From assembly GCA_965644295.1 (NCBI GenBank), contig CBFFRP010000114.1, forward strand, positions 1 to 64,000: a stretch of DNA of 64,000 bases, read 5' to 3'. The position numbers were made by a program, and so were the translations under genes. Every line of letters starts with the position of its first letter. Within the stretch, counting starts at the first letter, position 1. This stretch comes from Paraphysomonas bandaiensis (taxonomy: Eukaryota > Protista > Chrysophyceae). The notes beneath the pieces are model-generated. The model did not search any database. It had not been told where the DNA came from and saw only the letters and a program-made list of their open reading frames with translations. Below, one piece after another: positions 35,814-50,328 of the stretch.

Positions 35814-38800
35814 ATGAGTTTGTTGAGGAAGTGTGGATCATCGTATCTTATTGTGTTTATATATACTATACATATAGTTAGTTCCGTTAACATGTCGTGT
35901 CACGGAAATTATTGTTTGTGGTTATCTACAAAAGTTTCAAATTGGGTAGAATCACAGGAGAATTGTGCAACTGATGGTGGTGCACTCATGACCTTTCGCA
36001 ATGATGATGCAGTCCCCATCGCACCGTTACTACAAACTTTATCGGTTAAATGGAAGGAATCAGTGTTCTATTTTATCGGCGAATCTTCAATGGAGAAGGA
36101 ATCCGTTGTAGCATGGCGAGTCATTGGGTCGAATTCATTGGAAATTTCATTACCTCGAAGTAGCAGTGTACCCAGCAATTATCGTCCTTGTCATAACTTT
36201 GTAAATCTATCGATTAGTTATTTCTGTCCATGCGACTTAGCTATCAGAGCCGTATGTGAGGTCATGAAGAGTGTTCCCACTGCTGTGGGAAAGAAGTGCT
36301 TTGGCTCTTCCTGTTTCTCTCTTGTGGGGCCGTCTTCATGGAAAGTGGCTCAACAGGAGTGCTCGTCCGCTGGAGGAAAATTGGTTCCTCCTGCGGATCG
36401 AATTGCTGAATATGATTTTGTATGGGTTCATGTGCTTTCACTTCAGTCACCACACTCTATATGGATGAATCACGTCGATGTTTGGAAGATGGAAAGTAGA
36501 GCTCCGAGAAAGTTGGGGCAGGACGAGGATAACCATGGCGGGCTTACCGAATCGGTAGTTGTGAAAAAGTACCCTATTGAAAAGCTGGGCAGTATTGATA
36601 TTATAACCGAGGAAGGATGCTCAGTACTGATTTTGACGATCCCTCGTGCTGACAGAAGGGATGGGAGTATATGCTCTCAACGTCATTATGGTGTGTGTGA
36701 AATTCCTCTGCAATACTCCTCTCGTCTTACATCCAATCGACTGAGCACTATGTCTCCAGCTGCAGCTACATATCGTATTCGAAAGGCTTCATCTACTCTT
36801 ATGGCCGACACAGTACATCGGCGCCTGGACTATAACACCGTGGAAGACGCGGCATTGTGTGATATCATTGCGGCGACAGATATCAGCTCAAAACGGTCTG
36901 AATGGACCTGCGGAAATGTAACGAATAAATGTAGTTTTAATGGGGCTACCTGTTCAGGATCTAATATTATATCATTGGACTTAAGCAGTGTTGGTATTTC
37001 AGGAACTCTCCCGTCCTCCATTGGCGATATGACCATGTTGACAAATTTGGATATGCAATCCAACTCTCTCGACAGCAGTCTGCCCTCATCGTTAGGTCAG
37101 CTGACATCCCTTGTTACACTTTCTATGTATGGCAATTTCTTGTCGGGTCCTCTCCCGTCATCTATCGGTAATATGACTGCCTTGACTTATGTGAGTTTAT
37201 CAGACAACCCTCTTGGCAGCACCCTGCCCTCATCAATTGGTCGTTTGACTTCTCTTGTATCCCTTTCTCTGTTCGACAGTTCATTAACGGGTTCTCTCCC
37301 GTCATCCATCGGTGATATGACTGCATTGACTTATTTGACTCTGCAATCCAATTCTCTTAACAATAGCCTGCCCTCATCGTTGGGTCAGCTGACTTCTCTT
37401 GAAGTGCTCAATCTAAATAGCAATTCTTTTACGGGTCCTCTCCCAGACTCCTTTTCTAGTCTATCTAAATTAGAAGTATTAAATGTTGAAGATAATCTGT
37501 TGACTGGAGTTTACCCATCAGAGCTGTGCGCAATGACTCAATTAACAAGTTTCTACCTCACACAAACTACTTATCATGAATGCGTGAGACCCACTTCTAC
37601 ACCTACTCCTTTCCCTACCCTGGACTATAACACCGTGGAAGACGCGGCATTGTGTGATATCATTGCGGCGACAGATATCAGCTCAAAACGGTCTGAATGG
37701 ACCTGCGGAAATGTAACGAATAAATGTAGTTTTAATGGGGCTACCTGTTCAGGATCTAATATTATATCATTGGACTTAAGCAGTGTTGGTATTTCAGGAA
37801 CTCTCCCGTCCTCCATTGGCGATATGACCATGTTGACTTATTTGAAGTTTGTTTACAACTCCCTTGACAGCAGTCTGCCCTCATCACTGGGCCAGCTGAC
37901 TTCTCTGGAAGTGCTCAATCTGGATAGCAATTCCTTAACGGGTCCTCTCCCGTCATCCATCGGTGATATGACTGCATTGACTTTTCTTGATATAGGTCTA
38001 AACTCTCTTGACAACACCCTGCCCTCATCATTGGGTCAGTTGACTTTACTTCGTCACCTCTATATTGCTAGCAATTCTTTCACGGGTTCACTCCCGTCAT
38101 CCATTGTTGATATGACTTCATTGACGTTTTTTAATGTAGCTTCCAATTCCCTCTCCAGTTGTTTGCTTTCGTCATTAGGTGAACTGACTTCTATTGTTCA
38201 TCTCCACCTATATGGCAATTCCTTTACGGGTCGTCTTCCTGCATCCATCGGTGATATGGCCGCATTGACGTATATGAACATTGCTGCAAACTCTCTTAAC
38301 AGCACCCTGCCCTCATCATTGGGTCAGCTAACTTCTCTTGCTAATCTACAGCTGTATTACAATTTTTTGACGGGCCCTCTCCCGTCTTCCATCGGTGATA
38401 TGACTGCATTGACGTTTTTGCATATAGGTATAAACTCTCTCGACAGCGCCCTGCCCTCATCATTGGGACAACTGACGTCTTTGGCTGCTCTAGAGATGCA
38501 GTCCAATTCCTTAACGGGTTCTCTCCCGTCATCCATCGGCGATATGGCTGCATTATCAAGTCTATATTTAAATTCCAACTCTCTTAACAATAGCCTGCCC
38601 TCATCGTTGGGTCAGCTGACTTCTCTTGAAGTGCTCTATCTGAATAGCAATTCTTTTACGGGTCCTCTCCCAGACTCCTTTTCTAGTCTATCTAAATTAG
38701 AAGTATTAAATGTTGAAGATAATCTGTTGACTGGAGTTTACCCATCAGAGCTATGCGCAATGACTCAATTAACAAGTTTCTACCTCACACAAACTACTTA

Positions 38801-41800
38801 TCATGAATGCGTGAGACCCACTTCTGCGCCGACTTCTTTCCCTTCAGGGCAACCATCAGGCCAACCAACTGGACAGCCATCTGGAGAACCTACAGTGCAG
38901 CCATCCGGTCTACCTTCTGGACAGCCATCTTGTCAACCTACAAGACAACCAACCAGTGCACCATCCGGTCTACCTTCTGGACAACCATCTTGTCAACCTA
39001 CAGGGCAACCAACTAGTGAACCTACAGGACAACCAACTAGTGAACCTTCAGGGCAACCTACAGTACAGCCATCCGGTCTACCTACAGGGCAACCAACTAG
39101 TGAACCTACAGGACAACCAACTAGTGAACCTTCAGGGCAACCTACAGTACAGCCATCCGGTCTACCTTCTGGACAACCATCTTGTCAACCTACTGGGCAA
39201 CCAACTTGTGAACCGACTGGACAACCTACAGTGCAGCCATCCGGTCTACCTTCTGGAAAGCCTTCCGGTCTACCTACAGGGCAACCAACTAGTGAACCTA
39301 CAGGACAACCAACTAGTGAACCTTCAGGGCAACCTACAGTGCAGCCATCCGGCCTACCTTCTGGACAACCATCTTGTCAACCTACTGGGCAACCAACTTG
39401 TGAACCGACTGGACAACCTACAGTGCAGCCATCCGGTCTACCTTCTGGAAAGCCTTCCGGTCTACCTACAGGGCAACCAACTAGTGAACCTACAGGACAA
39501 CCAACTAGTGAACCTTCAGGGCAACCTACAGTGCAGCCATCCGGCCTACCTTCTGGACAACCATCTTGTCAACCTACTGGGCAACCAACTTGTGAACCGA
39601 CTGGACAACCTACAGTGCAGCCATCCGGTCTACCTTCTGGAAAGCCATCTAGTCAACCTACAGGACAACCAACTATTGAACCTTCAGGGCAACCTACTGT
39701 GCAGCCATCTAGTCAACCTACAGGCCAACCAACTAGTGCACCATCCGGTCTACCTTCTGGAGAACCTACGACGCAGCCATCCAGTCAACCTACAGGACAA
39801 CCATCTGGAGAACCTACAGTGCAGCCATCTAGTCACCCTACAGGCCAACCATCTAGTTCACCATCTTGTCAACCTACAGGACAACCAACTAGTGCACCAT
39901 CCGGTCTACCTTCTGGACAACCATCTGGAGAACCTACGGTTCAGCCATCTAGCCAACCTACAGGACAGCCAACTAGTTCACCATCTGGACAACCTACAGG
40001 TCAACCAACTAGTGCACCATCCGGTCTACCTACTGGACAACCATCTAGAGAACCTACGGCTCAGCCATCTAGTCAACCTACAGGACAACCATCTGGAGAA
40101 CCTACAATGCAGCCATCTTTTCAACCTACAGGACAACCAACTAGTTCACCATCTGGACAACCTACAGGACAACCAACTAGTGCACCATCCGGTCTACCTT
40201 CTGGACAACCATCTGGAGAACCTACGGCTCAGCCATCTAGTCAACCTACAGGACAGCCATCTGGAGAACCTACAATGCAGCCATCTTTTCAACCTACAGG
40301 ACAACCAACTAGTTCACCATCTGGACAACCTACAGGACAACCAACTAGTGCACCATCCGGTCTACCTTCTGGACAACCATCTAGAGAACCTACGGCTCAG
40401 CCATCTAGTCAACCTACAGGCCAACCAACTAGTGCACCATCCGGTCTACCTTCTGGAGAACCTACGACGCAGCCATCCAGTCAACCTACAGGACAACCAT
40501 CTGGAGAACCTACAGTGCAGCCATCTAGTCACCCTACAGGCCAACCATCTAGTTCACCATCTTGTCAACCTACAGGACAACCAACTAGTGCACCATCCGG
40601 TCTACCTTCTGGACAACCATCTGGAGAACCTACGGTTCAGCCATCTAGCCAACCTACAGGACAGCCAACTAGTTCACCATCTGGACAACCTACAGGTCAA
40701 CCAACTAGTGCACCATCCGGTCTACCTACTGGACAACCATCTAGAGAACCTACGGCTCAGCCATCTAGTCAACCTACAGGACAACCATCTGGAGAACCTA
40801 CAATGCAGCCATCTTTTCAACCTACAGGACAACCAACTAGTTCACCATCTGGACAACCTACAGGACAACCAACTAGTGCACCATCCGGTCTACCTTCTGG
40901 ACAACCATCTGGAGAACCTACGGCTCAGCCATCTAGTCAACCTACAGGACAGCCATCTGGAGAACCTACAATGCAGCCATCTTTTCAACCTACAGGACAA
41001 CCAACTAGTTCACCATCTGGACAACCTACAGGACAACCAACTAGTGCACCATCCGGTCTACCTTCTGGACAACCATCTAGAGAACCTACGGCTCAGCCAT
41101 CTAGTCAACCTACAGGACAACCATCTGGAAAACCTACAGGACAGCCATCTTGTCAACCTACAGGACAACCAACTAGTTCACCATCTGGACAACCTACAGG
41201 ACAACCAACTAGTGCACCATCCGGTCTACCTTCTGGACAGCCATCTAGAGAACCTACAGTGCAACCATCCTGTCAACCTACAGGACAGCCATCTGGAAAA
41301 CCTACAGGACAACCATCTAGTTCACCATCTTGTCAACCTACAGGACAACCAACTAGTTCACCATCCGGTCTACCTTCTGGACAACCATCTGGAGAACCTA
41401 CAACGCAGCCATCCAGTCAACCTACAGGACAACCATCTGTACAACCTACCGGACAGCCATCTGGAAAACCTACAGGACAACCAACTAGTGCACCATCCGG
41501 TCTACCTTCTGGAGAACCTATAGTGCAGCCATCCAGTCAACCTACAGGACAACCATCTGGAGAACCTACAACGCAGCCATCTAGTCACCCTACAGGACAA
41601 CCATCCCGTCAACCTTCAATGGAGCCGTCACTTCCAGAATATTGGTCTTTTCCATCGACTTTTGCTCCTTCTCTGTTTCCATCACCTGATATAATGCAGA
41701 TTGACTGGACTGCATATCGAAATCGCGTTACGCTTTCTATTCAGCTCTCAGACAGAGGGTATGTGTATTGCGCAATGTTTAAATCAATGGAAATTCCCGA

Positions 41801-44800
41801 CTCTGTATCTGCTGTAATTGCTGCGAATAATTATGACTATGTGGGCAACGCTGCTGTGGACGCCGTAATCACAATAACGTCGCTGATGCCATCCACGAAT
41901 TACACGCTCTATTGTGTCGCTAAACACGACCTTCTGATAGCTACATCGTATGAAGAAATGCTCTCAAATGCTCTCTTTTTGAAAACTCTCTGTTGTAAAA
42001 GCATTTTTGTGGATTTGAATATGTTTGTGCTGCAAGAACAAAGTGTAGGCTGGAATTTGGTTGCGCTGACCCTTTCTGCTGCTCCATCACAGAGCAGTGA
42101 TGTGCGGTTATCTGTTGAGGTGACTAATAGCAGTGGTTCGTATAGTTCATTCCCCTTTCTCACAGACACTGTGACTGTCACGCCTTCCTCGTGGTCGAAA
42201 ACACATCTCTTCACTGTCGCCGACAGCGCGCCGGGACTATACACACTGCAGGTGGCTATGATGGTTTCTGCAGTGCAACAGGAGTATGATGTTGTGTTCC
42301 GAAGTGGACACACATTCATTGTAGAGACCATTGCAGCAGAGCCCAGCACCCCTCGTTTAACTTCAGCGCAGTTCTCGAAGAGTGGTGAGTCCGCTACCCT
42401 GAAATTTGATTCGCCTACAGACAAGGCGGGATATTCCTCATATTTTAAGTGCTCTCTTCTCCTGAATGTAGCTGGGGCTGCATCATCAGACTGCCTCTGG
42501 ACCTCTGCCACCACACTGACTGTGTATTTCAAAGGCTCTCTTCTTCCTGAAGTAGGTGACACTGTGGTGCTGCTGCGAAATACGCTGCGAGCTCAATGCA
42601 CTTCCGCGGCGTCGGAGTGTACAGGATGGGCCACTGTGAACAGAACAGAGATGATTTTCACTCCCCCCTCTGACCCCATCTCACCGACTCTCGTCGTGAC
42701 TTACCCGAAAGTCTCTGGTCTCTGCGACAGCCCTGTGATAGATATGACCGCCTCCTCTGGTTCAGGTGGTCGACCATGGAAACATTTTAACATCACTGTG
42801 ACCAGTGCTAGCGATACTGTTGACTCACTTCAGATATGGCTTGCAGAGAATTACGTGATTAGTCCACCACCTGCAATTCCCGCCCAACTACTACAAGGTG
42901 GGTATAGGTACATCTTTGAGCTGTGGCTTTGCAACTTTCTCGATGAATGCAGTTCTACCAATGTTATCATAAAATCCGTAAACGATAACCTGCCGTACGT
43001 TTCTATAGTGGGACAACTCTCTCGACAGATAAACACTTACACTCCTTTACTACTGCAGTCGAACGCCTTTCTAGCTGACTGCGACGGTTCTGTATTTTAT
43101 TCCAACCTAAACTATGATTGGAAAATATTCGAAAGTGAAGCGGAACGCTCTGGATTAGTATCTCTGTCGAGTGATGCAAGAAAATTTAAGTTGCCACCCT
43201 ATTCTTTGAACGTTAGCTCTGTTTACGAAGTAAAGTTATCCGTGACAAACTCACTGTCGGGACTGTCGTCGTCAGCAGAAGTATATGTGTCAGTAGTTCC
43301 GGCCAATATTGTGGCAGTCATTGGGGGAGGATCACAGCAATCTTTGCCAATCGGTGGGAGTGTGCTATTGGATGCTTCTGACAGTTATGATGAAGATGTT
43401 CCACCCGAATTACGCCCTCACACTAATTATAGTGGGTTTGAATTCCGTTGGACTTGTATGCAGTTGTTACCTGCCCTCCTTCTGCAGTGTGATGATTTGA
43501 ACATGCAATCTAATGTCACAACTCCATATTTACTACGAATATTTACAACGAATAATACGATGGTGAACTCGGAATATTCGATTGCTGTGAAGGTGCTCAG
43601 CGTTGCTGATGGCAGGCAAGCAGAGAGCTCAGTGGTCGTGCGAGTGGCTGAAGCATTGGCTCCGATTGTGTCCATAGGGAGGGACGGGGTAGTGAGCAGT
43701 ATCAACCCGTCATCATCTCTGGTTTTAATGGGAACTGTGCAACTAACTGTCGTCCAATCAGCTTTTTGGACTATCAACGAGCCATCTGTTGATCTGGCTT
43801 CTAGAACATCTACGGCGACAAATGCATCACTATCGAAAGGTTTGCACTCCATGATTTTGGTTGTCAGTGCCGGATCTATACCTGGCCGGTCGGTACCTTA
43901 TGTGTTTACACTTACCTGTGGCTCGTCCACAGCATCATTGGAAGTGACATTCAATATTCCTCCTCAGCCTGGTTTCCTTTCAGTATTCCCATCCTTAGGT
44001 ATAGCGTGGGATACGACGTTTACACTCACTGCAGAGTCTTGGTCTGATGAGGACTTGCCTTTGTCTTATATATTTGGCTATGTGGAAGGTGGGCAATATC
44101 CGGTTGTAAGGAGTCGGATGGAGATATCTTATACGAGCTCCACGTTTCCAATTGGGGACAGCACGAATGGACACGCACTGTTGTGTTATGTATCTGTGGT
44201 GGATAGCTTGGATGCTGTTTCTCGGTTGCAGACATCAGTTGTGGTTCGTTCCAATACAGCCCTCTCGGCAACTTTAGCAAGCGAAAAGTTTCAATTGGAA
44301 TTGGAATCGAGTGGAAACAATATTGATTTGACAAAGCGAATCCTCTCATTGTCCAGTTCTTACCTAAATACTAAAAACTGCTCCTTAGCACCCAACTGTA
44401 CTGATATAAACCGCCATGAATGTTTTAGTGTTGATCATACATGTGGATCATGCTTGGCTGGGTATGTGGGTGAAGAGGGTGCGTCGAATCATGGCTGCGT
44501 TTCTGAAAGTGATTTGTCAGAAGTTTCTCCGGGGGCATTTTGTGACGCTGACTCTGACTGCAGTGTATGGGAGTATTGTAAGATTACGGAGTCACCTCCC
44601 ATTTGTGATTATCTTCTCAAGACATGTACTAGTAATTGCTCGCATCGCGGCACTTGCCTACTTCAGGACAGTGACAACGGAGCTGCTGTGTCTGAGTGTC
44701 GATTGATTGACTCTTCATGTGAGGCGAAATGTCACTGTGATCAAGGGTTCAGTGGTTTGTTTTGCGAGTATACAGCTGAGGAAGCGGATGTGCGCATTAT

Positions 44801-47800
44801 TATGAGAGAAAGCAACCTGAGAGAGTTAGATGGTGTCACTAGAGTCGATGATCCAACTGAGGAGTCGATTATGGAGTGGCAACAAAATTTGGTTGCACTG
44901 ACGGTGCAATCCAATGAAATATCTGAAGTAGGAGCAGTGCATGGTCTAAATGTTGCCGACATGGTTTTAAGTGGTGCTACGCTGCTAACGTTGGACACAT
45001 ATGAGACGTATAGTGACACTCTGACAGCAGTAGATAACATTGCCATTGTTTCAACTAATTCCTTCTTATCCGCGTCGACCTCGTCGAGTATCACTCATAA
45101 TTACAGCCGCCTCCTTATCAACGAGAGCGCACCCACCGCCTCCCGAGTGGCGTCTGTACTGGATATGTATGGGTCAATTGTGAGAAGAGCTCTGATTGAG
45201 GGCCAACACGAGAACCGAATTCTACGAAAGTCCTTTCAACAAATTACAGAAGTTTTCTCCTCTTCAGACCACAATGAAGATATTTCAGTGACAGTACCAC
45301 ACTCATTTGCAAAGACAGTGGCTGGATTACTACCTTCATCTATTCAATTTCTGAGAAACAGTACACTGCAACCCTTGCGAAGCATGAAGGTTTCATTAAG
45401 TAGTATTCGGTCGCAGCTTTATGACAATGAGAATTACAATTCGGATGTGCTGCAATTGGCTTTTGATGGCTTGATTCACTCCAACGATTCTTTTAAGGTA
45501 ATCATTCAAAATAATTATCCGATCAATTACGGCCGACTAGACGCCAGCAATGCCACATTTAACGTGACTTGTGATCATGATATATACACCACTCACTCAA
45601 TTCCCTGTCACCCTTCAGCTGTGAACTTCATTTGCAATAACACCGCCGCAGAAGTACAGCTTCGTTGCCCGTACGTTTCCTCTGAACCCCAATGCCGAGT
45701 CTTATCCAGCAGAGGAAGCTTCAACTGCACTGTGGACTCTTATACTGCGTGGAACACCACGTGCATGTGTCGGCTCACTTCATTAGGATATCACTTCGGA
45801 GGTGATACACTATCATCTAATGACGCGAACCACTCATCTCAGCGACGCGTGGACGAGACAGGGCAGGAGCAAGCGATTCTGCGAGACTCGGGGTATGTGG
45901 AGCTCGTGAGCACGTCAGAGTACGTTGCTGACGACTTTATTGCAACTGTTGTTCTGGCTCAGCAGTTTGATTCGCCAGAGGACTTGCGAGAAGTGCTGGT
46001 GGTTGTATCGTTGTTTGGGACAATTTGGGGTGTAGGATTCATTGCAATGTGCTATATGTTTGCAATGTCTACACACACTTCGAAACGAGAGAAATTGAAG
46101 CAGTGCGCTACCAGCCCGAGTCCTGACATCGATAGTGCTTCCCGAAATGCTATTGTCGTGGAGTCAATGAAAGTGCGTCTTCTTTCTTATGTGAAGGAAG
46201 TTTTCCCGGCAGTTTACAACACAGAATCGTCGTGGAGTCGATTGTGGAGAGAGCTTAAAAGCCATCATCGGTACATAGCTTTGATTCTCTCGAAAGACTT
46301 TACGAATACAGTGGACCACAGAATTCGAGTGCTGCTGCACCTGTTGACGACACTGTCAATGCTAATGTTTTTCCTAGCGTTGTTGTATGACTTTGAGGTA
46401 ATTGCATTAATTTTACCATCCAACCATAGTTATAATATAACTTTGGTGTTTGTTCTGGCTAATTTCATTGATGTAGTACCCAGAAGACAATGGAAACTGT
46501 GAGGCTCACATCACTGAAGAACAGTGCGCAACTGAAAAGTCGATGCTGGATTCATCACAGAGAGTGTGTCGGTGGGTTGAAGATGATGACACGATTCGGG
46601 GCTACTCTTGTGTGTTCGTTAGCCCTGAGATTACTCTCAAGGTACATTGCTATCTTCTCTTTCCATCTTAGCATTGATCATTACACCTCGTCTGTATGTG
46701 TTCTTTAGGCGATAATGATTGCCTCTGTTATTTGTTCCATCTTCAGCATGTTCGGAAATGCAATTGTCGATTTTATATTCGACATTTTAGCTGCTCCCAC
46801 TGCGAGCAGGTCTAGGCAAAATGCTGCTGCTGTGCACAGAAGCGGCCAGATCCAACGGCGTGTGTCTCTACTTGGCACACGAGTGTCAGCCATAGCTACA
46901 ATTGTGTCTGACCAATTTAGGAGTAGTGTGGGAACGAAGAAAAAAACACCGTCTTTTCTAACGACAGAATCCACACGTCACTTGCCATATTCTTGCATTG
47001 CTGCCCAGCAATTGGCATCCTCTTCACTTAGCAATATCGTGGCAGAAGTAAATCCATCCTTGCAAATCATTGAACGTCGTTCCCGTATGATACAGCGCTT
47101 AAACAGCCGTATGGATACACCTCACCCACAATCAATTAGTGTCCAGTCCAACAGTGGCCCTTGTCCCCAAAGCCAGCAAACTGAAGGAGTGGGGATAATG
47201 GCAGCGAATCCGTCTGCTATACTGTCAATCTCATCGGATGATTTGTATGACGACTTGTGCAGCGATATTGCGGAGCAAATGAAATACCTCAGAACCGCCA
47301 GACAAAAAGAAGCATTTATGCTGGCCTGGTGGTATGCATGATGATATGTGTTTAAGATATTGTTATGTTTAATGTGTTTCTTGCAGCTTGGGTAGTAAAG
47401 ACCAATTCAAGCCAGAGTATGCAACTGCAATTAAGGAAGCACTGAAGGGTCAACTGGCATTTGTGAAGAAGGAAGTGGCTCAAAAGCTGAATAAATTGCA
47501 TCAAATCGAAGAAATTTATATTGGTCTGGAGCTGCTGCACATGTTTGTACTGGATGTGCTTGGCAAAGGTACGAAAACTCTTCTAAGCTGCACATGCGAT
47601 ATTGCAATCTTTATTGAAACTAATATACTTTTTTCTTTATGTATGTAGCTTCACCGGCAGCCAAAATATTTGAGACGAAATCGGAGGAAGAGTGAGTTGG
47701 CTATGATACACGGATAACTGTACTCACTCATGTTTGCTCTGCTGTGTTTTGCAGATTTCGCCATACATATGTTGTTTCAAAGTTTGTAAAAGGGATAATG

Positions 47801-48946
47801 TGGGCGTTGGTTGTGCTATTGAATTTCTGCTTTGTTTTTTACTCCATGCTACGAGGCCTTCAGCGAGGACTCGAGTGGCAGATGATGTTTCTCTTTGCTT
47901 GCATTGTGCAATTTGTGTTTGAAATTGTGCTGTATGAATCATCTGAAGTCACCATTATTCACTTTGTGATTCCAAGTTTGGTTCGGTATGAAGTTATGGC
48001 TGCTCAAACTGCACTCTATAATGCGATAGAAAGTATCAGCAATATGTCAGAAGAAACGAACGATGTAATACTTGACACGCCTCAGTATTTGTTTGTATCC
48101 ACTAATGTTGCCAAATTTTTTCCGCATCTATTAGAAAGCGCAATTGTGCGATCCTATCACAGCGTTTACCCGGGTGCAATAGCGAGGAATTGGAATGGTA
48201 GCAGTAGAGTAAATTACAGAAGTGGTGCCGTCGTTCGTTCCGGCAGAACTTATACGAAACGTTTCTCTGTGATAGCTCTGATATCTCTCTTGGTTCAAAA
48301 ACTCGGCGCGGTGAATAGCACTTGGCAGCGAATGATAATCCATCTTCTCCAGCCACTCTTTGCAGTATCTCTGCTGATGATGTGGCAATATATGTGGTAT
48401 CATCCCGTATATTTCATTGTTCCACTGCTATTTACAGTGTATATCGGATACTGTTATTTCTTGTCGTGGAAAAAACAAGCTGAAGAGCGAAGTGTGAATA
48501 AAGTCGGCCAACGGCCATCGCTGGTGTCACCTGATGATGCTTCTTCTGTTCCTGGAGTAGAGGGAATACATCACCTGAATACTGACAATGCTCTTCTGGC
48601 CACGGAAGAGGGAAATAGTTCACACCACCTCCGCAGTGACCCTATCCATCATCAGCGACAGTTGAATGGTTTCCCCTCCATTGTAGAAAAGGAGTCCGAC
48701 ACCACCATTGTCCCACCACTACCATCAACTGCACTTCCTCACACTGCTGACACATGTACCGAAGCTGCTGCTGTTGCGAATACTTCTTGTGGTGACTCTG
48801 ATGATCTTCGACCTGTTGAAGAAACCAGTCCACCACTTGCACCCGATGATTCTATTGCTGGGAGTGATGATGCCCATCTGCAAGTTATATACGATTTCTC
48901 CTCTGATAACGAGCTTGAAGTTCCTGACATCTTCAATGCAGTGTAA
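35814..48946 (+). CDS. ~4262-aa polycystin-1/REJ-like surface receptor: signal peptide, 2 C-type lectin-like domains, 2 LRR modules, PSGQ/PT stalk, REJ, EGF-like, GAIN/GPS-like, multi-TM. Exons: 35814-46397, 46477-46641, 46709-47331, 47387-47568, 47649-47691, 47755-48946
   Basis: CHGNYC..W..SQENC..GGAL and CFGSSC..WKVAQQEC..GGKL; 24-aa plant-type LRRs; LDASDSYDED, WSDEDLPLSYIF; CHCDQGFSGLFC; the GT-AG joins keep frame (12789 nt). Confidence 0.85.
38820..41625 (+). repeat. Coding 12-bp-based P(S/T)xx repeat stalk with higher-order duplications
   Basis: About 230 tetrapeptides; includes a 696-nt block duplication (39721 vs 40417). Confidence 0.95.
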
Positions 48947-49509
48947 GGATAAAATCTCGACTATATACTTCGTGATTTTAGTAATAGTTACTGTTTATTC
49001 AGATTTGGTAATGATTATGACGAGGATGATTCATCGGAATTCGAACTCTGATACTGTCTGTGGTGGCCCAGAAACTATTTTTACATGCATGTATAGAATG
49101 TCTTATTATATAGCAATAGGCGCGTACGAGAAATGATATTAAATTAAAGAAATCAAATATAGATGCTAATATCCTACTATTTAACGCTGCGAGAACTGTT
49201 TGTGCGTCGCCTCAAGCGCCAAGGTGCAACATCTTCGCTATATTGATAGATATGTAGGGGGCGTTGAACAGCATGACAAGTAAAGCAGTAGTTTAAGTCT
49301 ATCGCCACACTGGAAGGATTAAGACTACACTTTACACATACATGTTGCGCAATTTGATTCGGGGACTGCACACATAAGGCACTAGGGGAAGTAGCAAAAT
49401 ATCCTTCAGAGTTTGACAATCTAGTGGCCTTCCCGTATGCGTTGTACCAAGTGCTGGGGAGCGACGGAGTCATCTCAGTATATTGTGGTGGTTGCCCCAA
49501 CACGGCATC

Positions 49510-49998
49510 GTGGTGTGTGAAGTACGGAGTTATTGGTGCTTCTTTACAACACTTAAATGTGAAGGCTCATACATGTGGACCTATTATATTGCTTGAATTG
49601 TGGCTTGTACTGGCACAAAATGGAGGCTGAATTACAGGAACTTGAGTCATTGCTCTTTGGGCACCATGTGAGTCCATTTGAGTTCTTCAAATCGCGAAAA
49701 GTACATACGACTACTCTGAATAGATTAATGGAGTGATGTCTGCACCTGTTATGAAAGGCGAGTTCGTGACTTTGGGAAACGAGCCCCAAAAGTAGTAATC
49801 GTTCCATTTTTTGGTGAGCTGCCCACTCTAACAGCTGATCTAAAAGTAATATCTTTGGGGCAGGGCGATTCCCAAGCTTGGATACGTAAGCTATTTATGT
49901 CTTGAGGTCACGATAGTACTTATAATTGTTACTTGTGTCAGTTGCTTGTGGAATATATGTTTTTGTATGAGACAATTGTATTATAACTGTGTTAGCCC
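49510..49998 (+). repeat. Direct repeat A (left), bracketing the Copia element
   Basis: Matches 54480-54971 with two substitutions and one 3-bp indel seen. Confidence 0.95.
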
Positions 49999-50328
49999 TG
50001 TTGAGTTCTGCAATATGATGTGATATATATTGTGCAATTGAAGTGAGTTAACAGTGTGCAATAGGTAAAGTGAACTCATAGGTGTAACGGGTGATTATAG
50101 TTACAAAGGAATTAAATTCAGTTACTGATGTGTGACTATACAAGATATAGAACTCACTGATGAACATATGATAAACAGATGTTGCTAAGAACAGATGTTT
50201 CAACATATGTTACACGAATATGTAGTGAAGTGCTCAGAATAATAATCATAATTTCTTACTTGAAAGTGCGTTGTGTTCAACAGAGCAAGGTTAAGGTTTA
50301 CGTGTAGAGCAAAGTTAACTTCAGTGAA

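Noticed and set aside
38956-41523. 855-aa HLVNLQDN ORF in an alternative frame
   Set aside because: Stop-free shadow of the PSGQ repeat; it begins and ends with the repeat.
49424-49630. Ulp1-like Cys motif (QHLNVKAHTCGP)
   Set aside because: A single short motif in broken frames; too weak to call.
49510-49998. Repeat A as the Copia LTR
   Set aside because: It has no TG..CA ends, PBS or PPT; the real LTR is 49999-50344.
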